This document shows, piece after piece, positions 50,936 through 62,244 of a stretch of 64,000 bases of DNA. This DNA is from Azolla caroliniana (taxonomy: Eukaryota > Plantae > Polypodiophyta). The stretch is taken from contig JBHGNT010000010.1 in the NCBI GenBank assembly GCA_043228905.1, positions 7,750,001-7,814,000 on the forward strand, written 5' to 3'. Numbering within the stretch: the first letter of the stretch is position 1; every line of letters starts with the position of its first letter. Under the pieces are notes generated by a model, which saw only the letters and a list, made by a program, of their open reading frames with translations, was not told the DNA's origin and did not search any database. The translations under genes and the position numbers were made by a program.

Positions 50936-53697
50936 GTTGGTTGTTGGTGTAGCTGCCTGTTGCGCCGTAGTCGCGTTATTTTCCAACTTCGTGATGCGTT
51001 CATTGGCCTTTTGTAGCTCAGCTTGGGTCAGTTTAACCTTTTTCCAGACATTTTTATTTTTAATCGCCATATCCTTGGTGCCCATACTGACCTTTGCCAG
51101 TTCCCTATGAACTTCGACAAGGGCCGCATTTAATGGGGGTAGTTCCATCCCCATTCGGCGTATACCGACGTTCCTCTGCCAGCTGACTCTAGCTAATTGA
51201 TCCTCATCGTTGCTTTCCGCCGTTTGTGTTAACACGCGCTCGATCATTTGGCGCTTCGCGTGCTCCTTGGCCATTCATTGTGAGACTTTTATTTGTTGCG
51301 TTGCCATGAGTTCAAAAGTGGTTCCGAACTATAATAGTGCGCCGAACTCATGGGCTGTGTCCGGAATGTCCGGATACGCCAAGACCTCGCTTTCTGCTGT
51401 CAATACAGCTTTCCCCCGTTGTGACTGGGCCATAATGATCAGTCGTGGTTCCCGAATTACTTCAAAGGTGGTGTTGGGCTCCGTAGCTATGGAGCTGTCG
51501 CCCACGATCGTCGTCTCCGTGGCCACGACTGTGTCTTTAACTAACCCGCACCCATCTTTCTTGTCCAATCTCCGCCGTTTCGGCCTCGGGCTTTCTTGTC
51601 ATGGTTTGGCTTCCGACTCCTATGCCGCTTCCTGGGTGCGCTCAACCTGCTCTTCCTATGTTGTTTGCGTGTTCGGCTGGGCGGGTTGGGGTTCATCCTC
51701 CTACTCTATAGTGGCTATCTCCGCTAACCTTTGCTTCGTGGATCGAGGCGGCAGCGTGGGTTTGCTGGGTTGCGGTGCCGGTAGACCTTGGGATGGGAAT
51801 AGTATCGTCATATATTGTTGTATGATAGGCCTGAGCTTTTTGCCTCCTTGATACGCGTGTAGGCCTTCTCGTAACGTCAGCCTCGTAATGACCCCCCAAT
51901 TGATCGTACACCCTTCAAAGGTATTAATGATGATACCTGCCTTCTGCTGGGCATCCCATATGCGTTTACATGTACGCATCCGACCTCCAATAGGAACTTG
52001 GCGATTTTGCGGAAAAAGGAATTTGGGATCTCCTTCGTTCTATATGCCTTGGTGAATGACGAATGTGGACCGAAATATCTCTGTAGGGATTGCGCAGGTG
52101 GGATTTCGAAATGCCTTTCACCCAGTGATGACAGGTCCAGCTTTTTCCGGATGGATGAGTTGGTGACCGTGTCGATGTTGAGCTTCCTAGCGATGTCCAG
52201 TGTGTCAGGGTGTGGAGGTGCCTCGGCGACTCTGATGTACCCATCCAAGCGTTTCTCCACGAGCCATCGACGCAAGGCGGTAGGGATGGATATCGGCATA
52301 GTCGGAATAGGCTCATGGCTAATGGGTGAAGACTGTTGGTTGCGGCAAGCTTGAGCTCTGTGATAGGATGGAGAGGAAGGTGAGGAAGGGGAGCGATGAG
52401 AGCGATGAGAGTTAGAAGGTTGATTTCTGTATTGTGCAGAAAACCTTCTATTTCCTTCTTTTTGTGGCCTAGGGTTCATTGGTCAGTGAGCCATCGTGGT
52501 GTCGCGTGTTCTTGGCTTAGAAGTCAGTGCATGCCTTAAGTCCTTTTAATAGCGTCACTATCTTCTCTTCTTCTTTTTTCTTCTTTTTTTCGTAACGGTT
52601 ACATACAATACTATTTTTACACCATAATACAAGTGGGGCCGTCTACTTACTCCGCAGATTCTCCGGCTTTGTCCTGTCCGACGGGGAACAGGTTAGGTGG
52701 CGTAGGTCCCAGATAAGGTTTAAGGCGAAACCCATTCACTTTTTGTCGTAACACTTCCCCGGCCAACGTGCCCGTTGAAACGTGCCCTATTATGCTCCTA
52801 CTATCTAATACGGGCCTGTCCAGCGGAATCTTAATTTTCTTGGCATATGCCCCATGCGTGTTCGGAAAACTAATACCGCTTTTCCAACCATAAAATCTTT
52901 TTCACGCGAATGCCGGTGTCGGTCCACAAACGCTTTGCGTCGCCGTTGTTCTTGCTCTAATATGGCCATACTGCGTAACCTTGTTTCTCCTAGCTCTAGC
53001 AGTTGTTGTAGCTATACTTGTTTGGATTTGCCCTCTGGTAGCCGGGCTCGTACTTGAATCCACAGACTGGGTACTTGGAATTTGACTGGCATCACGGCCT
53101 CCAAACCAAATGCTAGCCTGAACTGTGTTGGTGTTGGTCTTATAGCTGGTACGATATGCCCATAACACGCCGTCGTGAAGATTTTCGGCAATAGTGTGAA
53201 AATCCCATAAAATGTACAAAATCGAGTATTAATCACATAATACAATAATTGTGAAGATTACATTTTAAATAAATTTAATATCTCAGTACAAAATGATGGA
53301 GGTTTCGAATGCACTTTATTACACGAGAAACGGACAACTAAATGTCAAGATATGAGGGTATAAAGTTTGTGAAAGGAAAAGAGAAAATAGTGAGATATCC
53401 CACATAGGCACGACAAATACGGCTCTTATCATATATAAGGTAGAGCAAAATATATTATCTTTGTGTCTATGTGTGGAGCATAGAGAGTTCAAGGTAACTT
53501 GAACTAAGAGTGGACGTGGGCTAGCTACTTGTAAAGGGTTTTGACCAACCAAAACCGGACCGACGATGGAGCTGGTGAGACGACGGCATCTGGCGCCGGT
53601 GAGACGACGGCATCTGACGCGGCACCGGTAACCGACGGCATCCGGCGAACCGGTGTCTGGTGACTAGATAAATAAATATATAAACACATACAAGGAG

Positions 53698-53764
53698 GGC
53701 AAGTAAGGATTCGAACCTTGCACCTCCGAGTTAGGAGGCAATTGGCTTACCATTAAGCCATGCC
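53698..53764 (-). other. tRNA-derived sequence (Pol III A and B boxes) within the LTR
   Basis: Minus strand TGGCTTAATGGTAAGCC (D arm, A box) and AAGGTTCGAATCCTT (T arm, B box). Anticodon and acceptor stems do not pair, so it is not a tRNA gene. Confidence 0.65.
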
Positions 53765-54651
53765 ATTTAGTTGAATTTATATTTCTATCATTGTACTTTT
53801 ACATGTAAATTCTCATACATGAGAGCTAAAATGAGTGACATGGTTATCATGCACCACATGTAATACACAAGCGCCAAATGGCAAACATGCATTTTATGCA
53901 TGTCTTGTACCCTCACATGCATCATATGCATGGGAGCATCTATAAAAGAAGGAAGGGGGAGGAGAAAAAACGGTTTTTTTTGGGTTATGAAATTAAGAAG
54001 AAGAAATTCGTTATCAAATTGATCGTGTAACTCGTTTCTTAAATCTAAAGATAAAAGTTCAATCAATCCCTCTCAATCGTTTAATCTCAACTTCTCTCTT
54101 TCCCAATCTATCTTAAGTACTTTCTCGCTAAAGCTTGCGCCAACGCTTTTACCGACTTTAAATCCTTCCGGTCTAGAACCCCGACGATTCTGCCTCACGA
54201 TTCGTGCGTAGTGATGGATCTTCACGACATAATCCGACGGTCACCTCGTCGTCGCTAGTGCCGCCGCCGGATGCCGTCGGTTATCGGTGCCTCGCCGGAT
54301 GTCGTCGTCTCACCGACGCCGGATGCTGCCGGATACCGTCACCTTGCCGTCGTCGGATTGTCGTCGGATGTCGGTGTCTTACTGGCGCCGGATGGCGCCG
54401 GATCACCGACTCCATCGCCGGTCCAGTTTTGGTTGGCCAAAACCTTTTACGAGTAGCTAGCCCACCTCCACTCTTAGTTCAAGTTACCTTGAACTCTCTA
54501 TGCTCCACATATAGACACAAAGATAATATCTTTTGCTCTACCTTATATATGATGAGAGCCGTATTTATCGTGCCTATGTGGGATATCTCACAATTTTCTC
54601 TTTTCCTTTCACAAACTTTATACCCTCATATCTTGACATTTAGTGAGGAAT

Positions 54652-56049
54652 TCATATATGATAAAACGCGCATGTTCCAAGGAACCTTCGAACCTCCGTT
54701 TGGTTTTCGCATTCTTCTTTCATGTCTTGGATTGAGTTCACTTTGGATGGCGAGGGCTTCCGGTCGTATGCTCCACACAAGTGACCTACCACCAAGATCT
54801 CCGGTTGCCCGAATGCAGATTTTTCTCCCGAAAATGTCAAATTCGCATCTTCGAGCCTTTGAAGCACCTTCTCGCAATCTTTCATATGATCCGCAATGAA
54901 CTTTCTACAACCTTCCTTATCTTTCGATTCATCTTTCTCCTCATCTGAACATCCTTTTATCGGAATATCATCCAAGAATGGCATCGTGATGTCTGGGATG
55001 CAATCCTTCAAGACTTTATTCATGGCATTCACCATATGAGCCACCGAGTTCGTTGCGCCTTGGGGTAAGGTACACATCCGCACAAGCCCGATCGGAGTCC
55101 TCATGGTTGTAATGTCCCGACTATCGATCGCCAATTGGAATTGGTCGCCAATGGAGTAGATGGACCGGCCCGCAAACGCTTCGGCAAATTCGTCCACACT
55201 CGAACCGATTCCGGCATTTCGAATTGTCACCTTGTTGACGGGTTGAAGATCTTGGATGAATCGCAATAATCCATTCTTCTTCGGCACCGTGAACCACCTA
55301 TTGGAATAAGGAGCATTCGACGGTTCTAGAATTCCCATACTCACCTTCTCCTTTAAGAGCTCGATTAGCTTCGGAAGGTGTGCTCTCGGAACCGGTATCG
55401 GTTTCAAATTCCAAGGCACATGAGGCACCGTGAAGATCACCATCGGCTCTATAACCTTTGGGTTAGCGCATCCGATTTCTCGTGGGAAGAATGCGAAAGC
55501 CTTCCCATGTCTCTCAAGCATATCGCGAAACATTCGCTCCTCTTTAGGGAGAAGGAAATCCTCCTTTCCAACTCGTAGCTTCCCCTTCGTCTCTTTGGTG
55601 AAGACATGACCTATCTTCTTCGGATCTCTTAAGCTTGGATCGTTAGCGACTTCCTTCATCTTTTGCCAGCTATCTTCTGGTAGCGGAACCGCAACTGGCT
55701 TGATCTTCTTATCCACCGTTTTATATTTCGTGTTGATGTCAGCTTCCTTCATCGAGATGCCACGACGGTATTCATCGATGATAGCGTACATGTTGACGGA
55801 GTTAACCGAAATCACGCGTTGGTTGTGAAGATAGCTCAAGTCCACGACGTCCTCGATTTCACCGATGGTGTCGTTAAATGAGGCTTCTTCCATAATATGA
55901 GTCACGAACTCTCCTTCTTCTATTATGTTTTCTTCTTTCAGCATCTTCTCGAATTCTTGTATCCAGTGCTTGTGCTTCTTGTCGGGTAGTACTAGTTTAC
56001 ATGCGCCACTAGGTGTGACACATGTTGCTTCTCCTCGCAATCCACGCAC
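54652..56049 (-). pseudogene. Gypsy reverse transcriptase (truncated pol)
   Basis: ILEPSNAPYSNRWFTVPKKNG..LRFIQDL, LPQGATNS, PFLDDI. Small internal deletion; RNase H and integrase absent. Confidence 0.9.
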
Positions 56050-56258
56050 TCTTCTTTCTTGTGGGGTCTTGTGATTGCTCGGACTATTTGTGTCCCATGC
56101 TTCAATAGTTCGCTCTAAAAATCCGAGGATTCGCCTCCGAGACTATCTCGATTCCTTTCATGATTGGCTCGCACCGTTAGGAATTGGACCGATCTTTGGT
56201 TGTCAAGACTCTTTACTCGTGCGAAGGCTGCTCCATTATCGAACACTTTGGTCTCCAT

Positions 56259-58313
56259 TCAAGATGATGTGATATAAGGTTGCCCTAGGATGACAAGATG
56301 CGACGCCGATTGTTGTACGAAGAAGTGTTGATCCATCTCCACATCCCCGATCGTGACTTTGATATTGGGACAAGCTCCGTACAAGTCCTCCGTAGACTTT
56401 GTTGCCGCGCGAATCTTCCATCCGTGGTTTGTATTGATTGGCCATCTTCCTTTTTTGTAGAAGTCGGTTGACATGAGGTTGATCTCCGAGCCGTGGTCGA
56501 TCAAGGCTTCCACAATCTCTTTCTTCTCCCCGATCTTCACCGGCGTCTTCGTTGTCGCTCGTGCCCAATGAGGTCGAGTATAGTGGTTGCCCACCATATC
56601 TTCATCGATTTCGTCTCTTGCCATCGTTATGGCATTCGTTTTTGCTTTTTGCGGCTTCTCTAATTCCTCGTCCGATTGTTGTCTCTTTCTCTTTACAAGG
56701 TCCACGATCGTGTCATGGAACTCCTTCTTCGTAATGCCAAGCAATTCCCTCAAGGACAAAGTTACGTGGCTATCAAGAACTCGTTCTTCGAGAATCTTCT
56801 TTAGGTCCGTCGTCTGCTCTATGTCTGACCTTAGCTTATAGGTAGGTATAGTCCTTGTCCTCCGAGCGGGGTCTTCGACACCAACCTTTACGAGCCGAAC
56901 CGTTTCTTCAACTCGTATGCTCGGCTCCCCTTTTCGGCTTGATTCTCGTTCCTCCGTTTGTAAAGTTCGACTCGTCTCCGCATCGTCCTTCTTTTTCGCA
57001 TTCCTTGTTTCATGTCTTTTTGATGGGCCTTGCTCTTCTATTCTCTTTCTCTTTTCTTCGACGAACACCTCGTGGTTGTCGTACATCACCTCTGCCAGTA
57101 TGGTGTTGTCGTCCACCGGATCCGACCACCCGGTTATGCTTTGCACGCTTTGGTCCGCAAGCTCTACCTCGTTCGATGTGACTTTTCCCTTCTTCTCATA
57201 TTCGAGAACGGAAGTCCAAAACTTTGCTCCCGCTCTAGCAGCTTCAGTCTTGTCTTTCCCGACTCTTATTCCGGCCGATGCAGCATATTGCATCGCATCC
57301 ACATGAGTCGCATCGGCATCCTCCATAGATTTCTTCATTCCTCCTCTTCCGAAATTCACCCGTAGGGGTCTTCTAGTCTCGCTTGAGCAGATCATGTTGT
57401 CCTCTACGTATACGATATTTTGTCGAATCGCCTCTCGAAGGCTCACACAATCCCTTCTCATGTGGTCCATGCTATCGCACCACACGCATCTAAAGGGTTC
57501 TTTTCCTTTAGGGCCCCGACGATTCATGTTGGCTAGCGTGACCTTCTCGAACTTCTTCGCTAGCTCTTCAATGATGTCGTCATCAATCTTCTTTTCTTCC
57601 ACGTCACTTTGTCTTGGCGGCTCAGCTACTTTCGGCAATCTTGCTTTCTCCGTGGTAGTCGATCCCGTCAAGTCGGTGTCATCAACCCATTGGCGACGCT
57701 TGTCGAGCCTATTGCATGCCCGTTTCACCGCGATCCAGTCCGCTACGAGCCCCTTTGCTTGGGTATCATCTTCGAGAAGAGTCCCCAATTCCCGTCTATC
57801 CTTTATGTCCACGGCCTTCAAGAAGTACAACGTCTTGTCCTCTTCAAGCAACACTTGGTCCGTATTGGGGAGACGACTAAACATCTGGTCGAATTCGTCA
57901 TACACCCTCGAGACGCTCATCTTCTTATTCTTCTTCTCTATCCACTTCATCAGGGCATGTCGAGTCATCCTTGTTGAGTCTTCAATCACGAACTCCGCTA
58001 GTATCGTTTTCTCGAACTCGGACCATGTTGTCTTACCTTCTTGAAGCTCGATGACGCGTCTTTGGATGTTGTTGGCGACAACTCTCTTGAAGCTTACGAT
58101 TTGACGTGCCTTGGATACATCCCTCTGATTCATCTCCCTTCTATATGCATCAAGGAACTTCGTAACGTTCCTTCCATCGAATTGGCCCTCGAGCTCTACG
58201 ACACGATCGATAGCCTTCTCCACGCTCGCGTCGTTGTCCCGAGATCTCATCATTTGCTCAACGATTAACATCATCCTTTCGAGCTCTCCCGCTTGGTTGC
58301 TTGAGGACGCCAT
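56259..58313 (-). CDS. Gypsy gag-protease ORF with zinc knuckle and DUF4100-like region
   Basis: CVWCDSMDHMRRDC knuckle, YKLRSDIE...VTLSLRELLG (DUF4100-like), ALIDHGSEINLM aspartic protease. First ATG at 58313. Confidence 0.85.
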   Translation of the reverse strand: MASSSNQAGELERMMLIVEQMMRSRDNDASVEKAIDRVVELEGQFDGRNVTKFLDAYRREMNQRDVSKARQIVSFKRVVANNIQRRVIELQEGKTTWSEFEKTILAEFVIEDSTRMTRHALMKWIEKKNKKMSVSRVYDEFDQMFSRLPNTDQVLLEEDKTLYFLKAVDIKDRRELGTLLEDDTQAKGLVADWIAVKRACNRLDKRRQWVDDTDLTGSTTTEKARLPKVAEPPRQSDVEEKKIDDDIIEELAKKFEKVTLANMNRRGPKGKEPFRCVWCDSMDHMRRDCVSLREAIRQNIVYVEDNMICSSETRRPLRVNFGRGGMKKSMEDADATHVDAMQYAASAGIRVGKDKTEAARAGAKFWTSVLEYEKKGKVTSNEVELADQSVQSITGWSDPVDDNTILAEVMYDNHEVFVEEKRKRIEEQGPSKRHETRNAKKKDDAETSRTLQTEERESSRKGEPSIRVEETVRLVKVGVEDPARRTRTIPTYKLRSDIEQTTDLKKILEERVLDSHVTLSLRELLGITKKEFHDTIVDLVKRKRQQSDEELEKPQKAKTNAITMARDEIDEDMVGNHYTRPHWARATTKTPVKIGEKKEIVEALIDHGSEINLMSTDFYKKGRWPINTNHGWKIRAATKSTEDLYGACPNIKVTIGDVEMDQHFFVQQSASHLVILGQPYITSS

Positions 58314-58354
58314 CTCCAAGTATTAATCTCGACTTGATCCTTCCTACCGCCTCT

Positions 58355-58372
58355 TTCACGTCGGGTTCAACA
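58355..58372 (-). other. Primer-binding site complementary to tRNA-Trp
   Basis: Minus strand TGTTGAACCCGACGTGAA versus the complement of the plant tRNA-Trp 3' end as I recall it, TGGTGAACCCGACGTGAA (1 mismatch); 8 nt from the LTR end. Confidence 0.75.
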
Positions 58373-58380
58373 CTTAATTA

Positions 58381-58692
58381 TGTCGTGAAGATCCGTCACT
58401 ACGCGCGGATCGTGAGGCGGAACCGCCGGGGTTCTGGACCGGAAGGATTTAAAGTCGGTACAAACTTTGGCGCAAGCTTTAACGAGAAAGTACTTAAGAT
58501 AGATTGGGAAAGAGAAAAAGTTCAATCGATCTCTCTCAATCGTTTAATCTCAACTTCTCTCTTTCCCAATCTATCTTAAGTACTTTCTCGCTAAAGCTTG
58601 CGCCAAAGCTTGTACCAACTTTAAATCCTTCCGGTCCAGAACCCCGGCGGTTCCGCCTCACAATCAGCGCGTAGTGACGGATCTTCACGACA
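58381..58692. repeat. Long inverted repeat made of two LTR 3' ends
   Basis: ~140-bp arms (TGTCGTGAAGATCCGTCACTACGCG... and ...CGCGTAGTGACGGATCTTCACGACA) around a ~30-bp spacer. Confidence 0.93.
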
Positions 58693-59381
58693 ACGCTATG
58701 CAACTTGGTGTCCCAATCCGTCCTGTTCTCATTGACTAACTTTTTGAGGATAGTTTGGAGGGTTTTGTTCGTGGACTCCACCAAGCCATTTGCCTGCGGG
58801 TAATACAACGTACTTTTTTTGTGCTCCACAATGTAATGTTGGGTCAGTTCGCTGATGACCATATTCAGAAAGTGACTCCCTTGGTCACTAATGAGCTCGA
58901 TAGCGTAGCCGAAACGACACCAGATGTGTTTGTAAAGGAATTTCGTCGTGACTGTCGCGGTATTCTCGCGTAGTGGTTTCGCTTCTACCCACTTGGTACA
59001 GTAATCCGTAGCCACCAGGATGTACTTATTGCCTGTTCGAGCGGCCGCCGGGGTAAAGGGTCCCACGCAATCTAACCCCCACTTTTGGAAAGGATCTAGT
59101 GGCAACATTGGTTGGTGTGGCATTCTTGCGACTTCCGTGGGTTGGCCAAGTCGTTGGCATAAATCACACTGTCTACAATATTCATACGCGTCCTTTTGCG
59201 TCGTCGGCCACCAAAGTCCTGCTTGCCAAATTTTCCGGGCCGTAATATCGCCCGCGTAATGTCCTCCCGCCGTACCACAATGGGCTTCGCATAGAACCGC
59301 GGCCTTCTCATCCTGCCGTATTCCGCGCCTCCAGATGTCGTCACTGCCCTTGTGGTATAGTATGTCTTCCACTAAACAGAA

Positions 59382-60980
59382 TGTTGGGTATGTGAGGAAG
59401 AGTGAGAAACACACAAGAGGCACACACAAGAAGCTCAAACAAAGAAGCACTCACACAAGGAAGACAATTGTTGGAATAACTCTCTCTATTGATGAATGAT
59501 ACAAAAACTAATAGGAGCTGAAATATATATCCCTAAGTACTAAGTACCACCACATATGAGTGACTCATGTATGTGGTAACATGGGGAAAAAACCTCTAGC
59601 CAACACTAGAGTAAAAAGTGCCCATGTATTGGGAAAAATGGTTCACATCAAAGCTACTCGAATAACACGTAAGTGTAACAAACCCCCCTGGAGCGAATGA
59701 TATGAACATGTACAAGGAGTGACAGATCAGCCCCCACAAGGCAATAATCCTAAAGCTTTGCGAAAAGCTTCAAAGTTTTCTCGTGGAAGAGCTTTGATGA
59801 ATATGTCTACCACATTATCTTGTGTAGGCACATATACCAAATCAATATCTCTTGCATGAAGGCGCTCTCTCACATAGTGATAATGCACCTCAATATGTTT
59901 GGTCTGTGCATGAAATACAAGATTCCGTGCAATAGGCAATGCACTCTGACTATCTGTGAGAATACGTGTAGTAACATCAATCTCCATCCAAATATCCATC
60001 AAAAGGCGTCTTAGCCATATACACTCCGCTGTAGCTGTGAAAACTGCCCTGTACTCAGCTTCACAACTTGATGTCGCCACTGTACGTTGCTTTTTACTCA
60101 ACCAAGATATACATGAGTTTCCAAGGAAAAAGCAATTACCACTAGTGGACACGCGAGTATCGTAACAACCAGCCCAATCACTATCTGTAAAAGCATGCAA
60201 GCATGGCTGAGTATCTCTACCATAAAAGAGACCCAAGCTCAAAGTGCCTCTAAGATATCTAAGCACACGTTTCACTGCTTGCCAATGCTTAGTGCTAGGG
60301 CTATGCATGAATCGACTCAACTGGGAGACTGCATAATGTATATTCGACCTTGTATTGCATGCATATATAAGACATCCCACAACTTGTTGATAAAGAGAAG
60401 TATCAAATGCATCACTAGAATCCTCAACAGAGAACCTAAATCCTGTCTCCACGGGTGTAGAAACTGGCTTGCAATCCTCAAAGTCAAAATGATGAAGTAG
60501 TTTTTCAACATACTTTCCTTGATGAATAACCATTCCCCCCTCAACGGATACAAACTAGATGCCAAGATAGCAGCTCAAAAGACCAGGATAAGTGACTTCA
60601 AAAGTATGCTGCAAATCAACCATAAGAAAATCAAGTTTTACTTCACATGACCCAGTCAAGAGTATGTCATCAACATAAAGAACGAGCACTAGAAGATCAA
60701 CCCCATCTTTGCGTACATAAAGTGTGCTTTAAATCGGACTACATGTGAAGCCAAGAGCAATCAAGTGCTTATGGATTTTTTCATACCATGCACGTGGAGC
60801 TTGCTTGAGACCATACAAGGCCTTATGCAAGCGACAAACCATATGCTCTTTCTCTTTCGTAGCAAATCTAGGAGGTTGCTTCACATAAACCTCTTCTTGC
60901 AAATCACCATTTAAGAAAGTTGTTTTTATGTCCAATTGATGCATTTTCCAACCTCTTTGGGCAGCCAATGCGACCACCAT
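59382..60980 (-). mobile_element. 3' fragment of a Ty1/Copia (RT, RNase H, PPT, 3' LTR 59382-59680)
   Basis: QLDIKTTFLNGDL..LYGLKQAPRAW (60729-60980) and FTDSDWAG..SWLSKKQ..TKHIEVHYHYVRE (59727-60533). Minus-strand GGGGGG-TT-TGTTAC LTR start. Confidence 0.9.
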
Positions 60981-61346
60981 GAAGCAACGACATATATTAA
61001 ATAGAAAGGTCAAGAAAACACTAGCTGCAGGTTGGAAGCAATGGTCAGCTCAAGTAGTCGAATTGCAAGTCCTATGGGCGAACGCCGAAAACCGAAGGAA
61101 AGAAGGAAAAGGCTTCTACAAGATGGACGACAATAGCATACAAATTATCCGAGAAGACCTCACCGAGGATTTTCATGCCCTAGCCAATGCCACACCAAAG
61201 CCATCGGCACCCTCCTTAAGGAATTCAATGACGACCAAATGCTGTTGATGATCGAAACGGAGCAAGCCTTGAACGATGACACCCCGAAACAACCTGCCAC
61301 AGTCGACAAACGACCGATAAAGCCGGATAGCCACACCCCAACCTCA

Positions 61347-61621
61347 TGACAGGAACTACACGCTCCGATGAACAACGCTCGGCCACAACCGAGTCTAAAA
61401 TCAAACACAGAAAACGGATAATGAACGCACGACACAAAGGAGAGAAGAGTACACAGGATGTTTAACGTGGAAAACCCTGAGAGGGAAAAACCACGGGAGT
61501 TCACAGACTCCAAACTATCACTATATCACAATGATTACAACAGTGAGCTCACGGAGGCAACGACCTCGTGCTCACGATCTTCGCCACAGGCGGCGGTTAC
61601 AACAGAGGCAACGACCTCTTG

Positions 61622-61652
<31 letters not shown>

Positions 61653-61992
61653 CACTGTTACGCGCTCTCTGATCTAGCAGCAACAAGAATGACAACTACT
61701 CTCTAAGTTTGCCCTAAGTCATATTTATACTAATATGACTTTTCGGCTATTTACAAATATAGCCCCAATGGACTCTCAGAAAACATATTTACGAATATGT
61801 CCTTCCATCTAGTGAGCACTCCTCACCGGGCCTGCTTCACCCGGCGCTTGCCGGGTACTCCTCATCCGGTTCTCACCGGGTATTCCGTAGTCGGGTACTC
61901 GTCATCCGGTTCTCACCGGGTCTTCCGTAGCCGGGTACTCGTCATCCAGTTCTCACCGGGTCATCCCATCCGGAGGGACCTGTTTCCTAACA
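61347..61992 (-). mobile_element. Solo LTR of a Tork-like Copia (646 bp)
   Basis: TG...CA termini with TSD CCTCA (61342-61346 and 61993-61997). Shares GTCATAT..TATAAATATGACTTAGGGCAAAC and CTCCCGTGGTTTTTCCC with the 45623 LTR. Confidence 0.93.
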
Positions 61993-62203
61993 CCTCATCG
62001 AAATCCCTGACCAACGACAAAAAGGAGCTTGCAACAGACATTTCAACCGAAAACACCAACGCACCACAACCCGACCCTACGACCATTCCAAAGGATGAAA
62101 CCGCAGAACCAAACCAGAGGGAGGGAATCCTCCACATTTTGATCGAGGATTAACTGTAATTAATTTCAACAAGGTTTTCTTTCGAATGGGAAATTTCGAT
62201 TTG

Positions 62204-62244
62204 TTGGGTTCAACGTGCCAAGGCACTATCTCATGGGCTTGCCA
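62204..62244 (+). other. Second, more degenerate split tRNA-like motif at the PPT position
   Basis: TTGGGTTCAA-cgtgccaaggcact-ATCTCATGGGCTTGCCA-ag-TGTTG(LTR); same spacing as the 44215-44255 motif. Confidence 0.7.

Larger units (their letters stand above)
53171..58692. mobile_element. Rearranged DUF4100-type Ty3/Gypsy element with inverted internal region
   Basis: LTR 53171-54229 (yGTCGTGAAGAT...ATCTTCACGACA) and a terminal LTR end at 58692 in + orientation; TSD ACGC (53167-53170 and 58693-58696). Segment 54234-58520 (partial LTR, RT, gag, PBS, LTR end) lies in - orientation. Confidence 0.88.
43743..59381 (-). mobile_element. Non-chromovirus Ty3/Gypsy (integrase, long extra ORF, LTR 43743-44212) hosting two nested insertions; 5' part missing
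   Basis: Integrase 58693-59381 (HCGTAGGHY, CRQCDLCQ, WGLDCVGP) continues at 53170-52660 once the nested element is removed. Extra ORF remnants at 52479-50936 and 45622-44260. LTR reads TGTTGTCC...CGGTAACA on the minus strand with TATATAAAG at ~44097-44089. Confidence 0.85.

Noticed and set aside
53698-53764. Functional tRNA gene
   Set aside because: Anticodon and acceptor stems do not base-pair; kept only as a tRNA-derived sequence.
54204-54899. 231-aa ORF on the + strand
   Set aside because: It spans GC-rich LTR repeats and antisense RT across a rearrangement junction; an artefact.
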